Assembly (NCBI RefSeq): GCF_006345805.1
Contig: NC_043000.1
Coordinates: 109,306,001-109,370,000, forward strand
Direction of reading: 5' to 3'
DNA: 64,000 nucleotides
From: Octopus sinensis
Taxonomy: Eukaryota
Part shown: one piece after another, positions 56,104 through 64,000 of the stretch
How the letters are laid out: each line of letters starts with the position of its first letter
Numbering within the stretch: the first letter of the stretch is position 1
The notes under the pieces: model-generated
Databases searched by the model: none
What the model was told of the DNA's origin: nothing
What the model saw: only the letters and a program-made list of their open reading frames with translations
Translations under genes and position numbers: made by a program

Positions 56104-57002
56104 TAATAATAATAATAATATAATAATATAATAATAATGATAATGATGGTGATCATGATGATAATAACAACAATGACGATGACGACGATGATAATGATTT
56201 CTTTTATTAGCCACAAGGACGTAGACAAGGGGTACACCACAAGGACAGAAAACAATTTGTGTGAAGATTTACATAAAAGATGAAATGTGATAGAAGTAGA
56301 CTTAATATCAAAGTATGGAATAACATGAGTGATGCGATCCTCCTGATATAGGAGAAACTGCAGCTGGGGCCGATCAAAGAACCCCACAGTTCCAGGATTA
56401 CCCTGACTACAAAGGGCATGAACCCTCTCCCAACTGTTGCTTTCCAATCTAGGAGCGAGTGTTTAGAGTGCGGTCATTCACTCAAACCAGTTTTGCCACA
56501 GTCACCCATCTTTTCACAAATTCAATGGAAGGCAGCACCTCCCTCTCCGCCACCACTTTCCTTTCACAGAGGAACTTCGAAAAAGAGTTACCCAGCGATT
56601 TTAGGGAAAAGGTTAAATCGTTTCCATCGACCGCAGGACTCAACTGGAGCATATTCTATCGACCCCGAAATAACGAAATGCAAAACTGACTTCGGTGGAA
56701 CTTGTACTCTAGATGTAAAAAAACCGGAAGAGATACTGCAAAGCATTTTGTCCGAATCGTGAAAGATTCCTGCCTAATAATTGCTTCAAATGTCCGAAAA
56801 ATGCCGGCAAAATTTGTTTTTGGAGTGGGGGTGGGGAGAACATAGATTACATCGACTCCATTATATGACTTGTACTTAATTTTATCGATCTTCAAAGCCT
56901 GAATGGCATAATTGACCTCGGCGGTATTTGAAGAAAATAGTAATGAAAATAAAAATAAGTATAATGATGATGAGAATGATGATGATGATGATGATAATAA
57001 TG

Positions 57003-57033
<31 letters not shown>

Positions 57034-57107
57034 AGACTGAATTAACCCTTCAGGAAGGCAATAAGAAGCGCACGATGCGATTTGGAATAGATTGTTTATT
57101 TAACGGC

Positions 57108-57147
57108 TTGAACGATATTTCGACAGATCGTCTATCTTCAGGTTCAA
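57108..57147 (-). ncRNA. Minimal type I hammerhead ribozyme motif in the left, inverted PLE repeat
   Basis: Minus strand ttgaac-CTGAAGA-ta-gac-gatct-gtc-GAAA-tatc-gttcaa. Confidence 0.6.
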
Positions 57148-58213
57148 AATGTAAAATGAAAGCAACCGTAGAAACACAGAAATTCAAACTATAAACGAAG
57201 AAATCCTGCGTTCCTATTTTGATGGAATGACATCATCAGTTTTCAGTTTTGTAACTGGTTAGAGGAAAAGGAAAGATAAAAAGACATAGCTAAAATATAC
57301 AAGGAAAGCGAAACTTCCACGCATAATTGTAGCAACCAAAGTAAAATATGATATAGAATTCCTTTAGTGATTCACCGGCACCGAAATTTCGTTGGCATTT
57401 CATAAGTGTTGCTTGAAAGTTACAGCATATTGCAGGAAAATATACTCGTTTCAAACAAACATTCCCTCAGCCGCCTATTGTAGCTTTTAGATGCAATGAA
57501 AATATAAGAGAAATGTTAACCACTTCTAACCCCCACCAAAAAACCCTTCTTCTAACCTCCACCAAAAAACTACCATTGGAGTTTCTAACACTGTAACTTG
57601 AAAAACAGCCGCAAGAGAGGTAAGCCCTGTTCATTGTGTAACAACATGAGTCAAGTTAATTCCATCAGGAATCACAACAGAAATGTCCTGATTTACATGA
57701 AAGGTGGGGGGTGTAGAAATTCCCATTTGGTGTACACAACAGAATGCACCAAACACAACTTGATTTCTGTTGGTTGTACAACAGAACAATTAAACAAAAG
57801 ATTCAATGGGCACAAGCAAAATAACAGTAGTTCGACAGTGTTTACCGAACATTTTACATCAAGCGGCTGCAATTTTGAGGAATACCAAAAAAGTGCATAT
57901 TCTCAGAAAACATTCTGAATCTACTACACTTTATGTCCTCAAAATGCATGAGGAGAAATATATTTGTGAATTACTTAACATCACGACCTGGAGGAATGAA
58001 TAAAATGACAGGTGAATGTCATCACATTTACACAAAACTCTTCGACTAAATATTCTTTTTTTCCTTTTTTCATGTTTCTTTTCTCTTCTGTTTTTCTTTT
58101 TTACCAGTAACAAAACTGAAAACTGATGATGTCATTCCAGCAAAATACGAACGCAGGATTTCCTCGTTTATATTTTGAATTTCTGTGTTTCTGCAGTTGT
58201 TTTCCTTTTATAT

Positions 58214-58256
58214 TTTGAACCTGAAGAACACAGACGATCTCGAAATATCGTTCAAA
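58214..58256 (+). ncRNA. Minimal type I hammerhead ribozyme motif in the right PLE repeat
   Basis: tttgaac-CTGAAGA-acacagacgatctc-GAAA-tatc-gttcaaa. Stem I is perfect and stem II is weak. Confidence 0.55.
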
Positions 58257-58306
58257 CCGTAAAATAAACAATTCATTACAAATAGCACCGTGCTTTTCTT
58301 ATTGTC

Positions 58307-58341
<35 letters not shown>

Positions 58342-58929
58342 GTAACAGTAATAATAATAATAATAATAATAATAATGATAACAACAATAATAATAATTTT
58401 TTTGTATTATAGGTACAAGGCGTGAAATTTTAAGGGGAAGGGGCTAATCGATTATATCAACACCAATGCCCAACTGGTACTTATTTTAACGATTCCTAAA
58501 GTATGGAAGGCAATTTGAACTCAGAACGTAAAGACGGACGAAATGGCTCAAGGCATTTAGTCCGGCGCGCTAATGATTCTGCCAGCTCACCGCCTTAATA
58601 ATAATAATAATAATAATAAATAATAATAATAATAACAACAACAACAGTAAAAGGGTAATAGTAAAGCAATGATTATGATGCTAAGTTTAATAGAATGGGG
58701 CCAGGAGTTGTGGACGCAAAATATAGTTTGATTTTGAAAAAATGGAAAGTTTGTTGAAATAAAATTTAAAAGTGATCCCAGAATGCGTTTATATGCTTAG
58801 AAATTCCATTTTTTATTTTAGTTTTTTTTTCTTTATAATCATATTGTTTCTCTTGGTGGGATGCGTGTATGTTTTATTTATTTATATATTTATCCTGCAT
58901 ATTATATTTTGTGAGTGCTAAGTACTTAC

Positions 58930-58981
58930 CCATACTGTGACGGCAAGACACTAGGAAATCCTTTGATTGCAAATGGAAAAG
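58930..58981 (-). CDS. RBM24: Penultimate 52-nt coding exon of the RBM24/RBM38 gene
   Basis: Acceptor tctctctttttcAG and donor GG|GTAAGT. Encodes (A)FPFAIKGFPSVLPSQY(G), phase 1 to phase 2, and splices in frame to the 18789-19089 exon (SQYG|YPSYIYP). Size and phase match the short vertebrate RBM24 exon I recall as GFAFGVQQLHPALIQRPFG. Confidence 0.8.
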
Positions 58982-59313
58982 CTGAAAAAGAGAGATAAAT
59001 AAAATCAGAACGAATAATATTAGTTTATACTGGCGTTAAAAATTAAGGCAGGCAATTTATTTATACGCTCGCGCGCACGCGCCCACGCACAGACACACAC
59101 ATACACATACACACTCACACATACGTACGTACATACGCTTCATAATGAGCATAAAAGGAGACATGGGATGGAAAACTTTTCGGAAATATATTAGTTTAAC
59201 GCTTAAAGAAAAAGAAAGGAAAGAGTCGTGACGTTTCGGACGTTGATCCTCCAACGGATAAATTAGAAGTGAAGAAAGGTGATGGGAAAGTATAAGGAAT
59301 TATTTGATATATA

Positions 59314-59390
<77 letters not shown>

Positions 59391-60423
59391 TGTTGTGTCT
59401 GAGGACTGTCATTTTCCTTTTGTGCCTTATTATGTAACACACTCACCGGTAAGATTTCCACTTTTTTCTTATTGTCCTAAAATTTTCGTTGCGTCTTGCA
59501 ACCTTTTCAATAGTTAAAGAAAATGACTTTACCCAAACACAACAAAATATGCTTCAACACACGAACTCATATAAAGAATCTTGCAAACCAAATCCCAAAA
59601 CGAAATATATATATATATATATATAGCAATAATAAATCTCTGAACGAGATGTAAACAATAACCGCTCGACAACGTAAAGTATACTAGCCATCAATATGGC
59701 TAACCACTAAGGGTGGGTGTTACTGTAGCTTTTAGCCCCAGGAGATCATCGTCTCCAGCTGGCTTTAGGCACACTTTCTGTGCCCTTATGGTATTTGCAA
59801 AGGGAGGTCATCCCTCTCTCGTAAACCTAAGTGATACGCACGGACTGCAGTTTCGTGGTGTTTGCCTCTTGTCAACGCACGGTAATCACCGGTTTACGAT
59901 GAAAAGGAAGACCTGTTTGCAAATACTTATGGTTTTTCTAGTAACTACTGTCGAATTTCATACATACATACATACAGAGACCACATACATAACAACACAC
60001 ACATACGCGCGCAAGAAAAATAGTGATAGTGTCTTCGAAGTTCGACTTATTAGCAGTCATCATACTGTATAACGGTTAATAATAATTATATATATGTATG
60101 TATGTGTGTGTGTGTCTTTGTGTTTGTTCTCCGCCAGCGCACGACGACCAGTGTTGGTTTGTTTACGTCCCAGTAATATTAGCTGTTCAGCAAATAGATA
60201 CCGAAAAATGGGTACCAGGTGTTTTTGTTTTGTTTTTTTTTTTCTTTTAAGTAAAGACTTGGGTAGATTTGTTGAACAAAACGTTTTAAGGCGGTGCAAC
60301 AGCATGGCCACAGTCGAATGACTGAAACAAGTAAAAGATAAAAAACGCGCACGTGTGTGTATATGTGTGAGTGCGTATGTGATGTGTGTGTGTGTGTGTG
60401 TGTGTATGTATTGGTAGATAGAT

Positions 60424-60468
<45 letters not shown>

Positions 60469-61516
60469 AGGAGAGAGAGGAGAAGAGAGAGAGAGAGATA
60501 GAAATATAGATAGATAGATATAGATAGATATATAGATAGATATATAGATAGATAGATAGATGTGTTGTGCACCAGTTGTTTCTTTTGTATATATAGACTA
60601 GTGTGTTATACATGTAACCGAAATTAGACACGATTTTACCAACGTAATGTTAACATTAACGATGTAACAAAGAATTTAGGGCCAGCGAAATGGCTGGGAC
60701 CAAGAAATAGCCTCAAACAAAGAATGCAACCGACCGTAATATCAAAACGAGGCGAATTAAACAAATATGGCGCTCTTTCAAATCATCCGTTAAGCTTCGT
60801 ATATCTGATTAACAATGACGATGATGATGAGTGTTAGTTGTCATGGTGATGTTGCTGCTGCTTGTTGACCATCGAGGGGTGCGTGTGGGGATTTGGGGTA
60901 GGGGAGTGATATTGATGGTGCTGAGGCGGATAATGATTATGACTATGGTGATGAAATAATAATGATAATTGGATTGATGGATTAAAGAGGGATTAACCTC
61001 GCCATCACCAACTTCAGCTGACTTATTTCCGCCTCAAGGATTTTCGAGTTTCGTTGTTAAAGCCTTAATTTTCGATGTTAATAAACCGTTACTAAACACA
61101 CCGTTAAATGTGTATATATTTATGCTTATACACTCGTGTAATTATTATGTGTGTAATTATTATTATCATCATCATTATTATTATTATCATTACCACTACT
61201 ACTACTACTACTACTACTACACTACTACTACTACTACTATTACACATTGTAATCCGAGTATCATAATAAATAATTAAAACACACCTCTTTCGAGATTGAG
61301 TACATATACCCTTTGTAAACTGAAATAGACCATATGCACACACACACACACATGCAAAGGCTGGTTTACTGACCTAGACTAAATTCATACGCACACACCC
61401 CTCATAGATGCACCGGCATAAGTATGTATATACGCCCTCACAGACACTTGAACGTGTGTATGTCTGTTCTGCGTCTGTGTATACATGTAAGTATATCTAT
61501 CTATGCGATCATTCAT

Positions 61517-61517
<1 letters not shown>

Positions 61518-61604
<87 letters not shown>

Positions 61605-61614
61605 TTATATATAT

Positions 61615-61645
<31 letters not shown>

Positions 61646-61650
61646 GTATA

Positions 61651-61704
<54 letters not shown>

Positions 61705-61745
61705 GTATGTGTGCGTGTCTGTGCGCGCGCGCGCGTGTGTATATG
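61518..61745. repeat. Long (TA)n tract
   Basis: Seen directly in the sequence. Confidence 0.95.
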
Positions 61746-62544
61746 AACATAGATAAGCGCAGGCACGCAATAAGCGCAGGAGAGGTTACACGTAAACGGC
61801 CCGGTATATAATTAGAGCAACAATGCTATACTTATTCGGCAAAAAGCACATTGAAACCACGCCACATACAACCCTCACTCACCTTCCAGTGTAGATATCG
61901 ACATTAAAAACAAACTGTTCATTCAACTTGTACATTGGCTGTACAGTAAAACAAACAGCGGTAACTGAGTATAAAAGAGAATAATCTGCAAGTATTAGAG
62001 ATTATAGAAAACACACGCGCACTCTAACATACACGTGTGTTGGGAGCATGGGGGAAGGTGTGAGCGGGTTTCTAAACAAGCTTATTCCTGAGACAAGTGT
62101 CCTGATACTGCGATGATGTAAAACTAAGCTGAATGCTGATAGGAGTTTTCTCGTATATTTACTGATGAGAGTAATGATTTATATAGCATAAGCGCAAGAC
62201 TAGGCAGGATGAACGAGAACTTGGTCTACTTCATTATTTTGCTAAACACTACCAGAATTTTCGACTGGCCTCAAATATAACAAACTACTCCAAATCGTTG
62301 TTAGAGTAGCCACAAAAATGAAGCCAAGCCCGGCCAGTTTGTGTTTTGGCATCGAGTCCGTATAAGTTGTAATAGTGACCCCAATCAGACCAAACAGTAA
62401 AGGGATCTTTTCAGTTTGGTTGCTAATTTTCAAAAATTCAGAGTTTATCGAACATTTTAAAATTTGGTATATTAATGTAGATTTCCAAGCTGAATCGCAG
62501 GAGGTATTTCACTTTTTCCAGAATTAAAAAAAAAAAGTTATAGA

Positions 62545-62943
62545 GGCGTAGGAGTGGCTGTGTAGTAAGTAGCTTGCTTACCAACCACATGGTTCTGAGT
62601 TCAGTCCCACTGCCTGACACCTTGGGCAAGTGTCTTCTACTATAGCCTCGGGCCGACCAAAGCCTTGTGAGTGAAGAAGCCCGTCGTATGTATGTATGTA
62701 TGTATGTATGTATATGTGTGTGTGTGTGTGTATGTGTTTGTGTGTCTGTGTTTGTCCCCCAACATCGCTTGACAACAGATGCTGGTGTGTTTACGTCCCC
62801 GTAACTTAGCGGTTCAGCAAAAGAGACCGATGGAATAAGTACTAGGCTTACAAAGAATAAGTCCTGGGGTCGATTTGCTCGACTAAAGGTGGTGCTCCAG
62901 CATGGCTGCAGTCAAATGACTGAAATAAGTAAAAGAGTAGAGT
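62545..62943 (+). mobile_element. tRNA-type SINE family A, full length
   Basis: Same structure as 42122-42530. Further partial copies at about 10790-10950(+), 19695-19900(-), 24840-25050(-), 35480-35760(-), 45020-45210(-), 50307-50680(+), 52565-52790(-), 53635-53790(+), 60130-60345(+) and 63290-63430(-). Confidence 0.85.
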
Positions 62944-64000
62944 AGGTTTAAAGTTTGATTTTCACCCAATCAGAAAACAGGATTTAAAGGCTGTCATTCT
63001 GTGCGGGATGTATTATGAAACTGCAAATAAATCAACTGCTTTACGCACGACTTATAAACCTCTCATAATTTCTCTTTATTTTTCGGAATCTTCAGAAGAT
63101 TTTTGCGAATTTATATTCTACACTCGGAAATTCATACGATTATGCAACAAAACGGTAAAAAAATTTGAGGGTTGCGTGATTTAAGTTGTTATTTTTAGCA
63201 CGTATCTCGAACAGAGAACAAGCAGCAGAACACAGCATCGACATATTTTTAAATCATTCAATCTCATTTCAAAATATTACTATTTGATGCGTGTGTGTGT
63301 ATTTCCGTCCGTAAAATTCACCCACAATGCATTGGTTAACCCGGTACTTTGCCAAAGGCACCGAGCAGCGGGATTGAACCTGAAACCAAGTGGCTACAAA
63401 GCGAGCTTCTTACCCACTCAGCCATGCCTACACCCATTGATGATATTCAAACAAAGCTTTGTAAACCACTCAGTGACGTATGGGGCCTCACAACGAGAAA
63501 ACTGAGAAATGGGAACAACTGAAGGGAATGCGTTAAAAAAACTGAAAACTGAAATGAATGGCGTTGGGCATTAGGGGCCAAAAAGCAATATTGGAGGCTT
63601 ATAGAGAAATGCTGGACACGGAAGCAGAGTGTTTCTATTCAAAAAGCAAATTTAATTTAGCTATGAGGGTGTTTCAAGGCTGAGTGACTGCAGATTCGGG
63701 GTCATATCTGTAAGACGTCGATGTGTGTGTGTGTGTGCGTGCGAATGCGTGTGTGTGTTGGAGTGTGTTCAGAGTAGTGGTGGTGGCGATGGAGCTAATG
63801 TTGGTAACCGCGGTTGTGTGTTAATGTGGCCCATGACAGTTATGGGGGAGAAAAAAAATAGGGAGCGAAGGAGAAAGAGAGAGAGAGAGGGGGGACGGAG
63901 GAGTCGGAGGAGCGGTCAGAGGATATGCTTCTGTTCTTGTTGCCCCAAAATCTCTTTTCGTTCGTTCACCTTCAATCACTCATTCACCCGTCGCCACCCC

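Larger units (their letters stand above)
57057..58310 (+). mobile_element. 5'-truncated Penelope-like element with inverted pseudo-LTRs and a GIY-YIG remnant
   Basis: 57598-57918 reads KPCSLCNNM...GCRNSHLVYTTECTKHNLISVGCTTEQLNKRFNGHK...HF. About 57057-57270 is the reverse complement of about 58095-58310. Flanked by (TAA)n. Confidence 0.85.
19090..58929 (-). other. RBM24: Last intron of the RBM24/38 gene (39,840 nt, GT-AG, phase 2)
   Basis: Defined by the two exons above. Filled with SINEs, PLEs, MITEs and microsatellites. Confidence 0.72.

Noticed and set aside
30-63505. Most ORFs in the supplied track (poly-IY, HT, VC, LS, I, Y, S, H, M)
   Set aside because: They are translations of stop-free microsatellites, with no domain signal or splice support.
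58982-64000. Upstream RRM exons of RBM24/38 ([39 protein letters not shown])
   Set aside because: I searched the minus strand by eye and did not find them. They presumably lie beyond the window.

Overview
A 64-kb eukaryotic window rich in microsatellites and SINEs. The repeat landscape suggests an octopod cephalopod (inference). The only host gene I can support is the 3' half of an RBM24/RBM38 (SUP-12-like) RNA-binding protein gene on the minus strand. It has a 52-nt coding exon (58930-58981), a 39.8-kb intron, and the last coding exon (18789-19089, ending ...QAQQIQERL*). The RRM exons must lie beyond position 64000. The rest is transposon-derived: three tRNA-type SINE families, Penelope-like elements (PLEs) with inverted terminal repeats and hammerhead-ribozyme motifs, R4/Dong-like LINE 3' ends in (TAA)n tracts, a Tx1/L1-like LINE 5' end whose ORF1 is split by a MITE, an internally deleted CR1-group LINE, a Buster-type hAT remnant and several fold-back MITEs. 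The most unusual feature is a 1.75-kb fold-back PLE-like element (22973-24727). It is extremely AT-rich, its repeat copies differ mostly by C/T and G/A transitions, and CpG is retained, which looks like RIP-like or deaminase hypermutation. Most ORFs in the supplied track are microsatellite artefacts.
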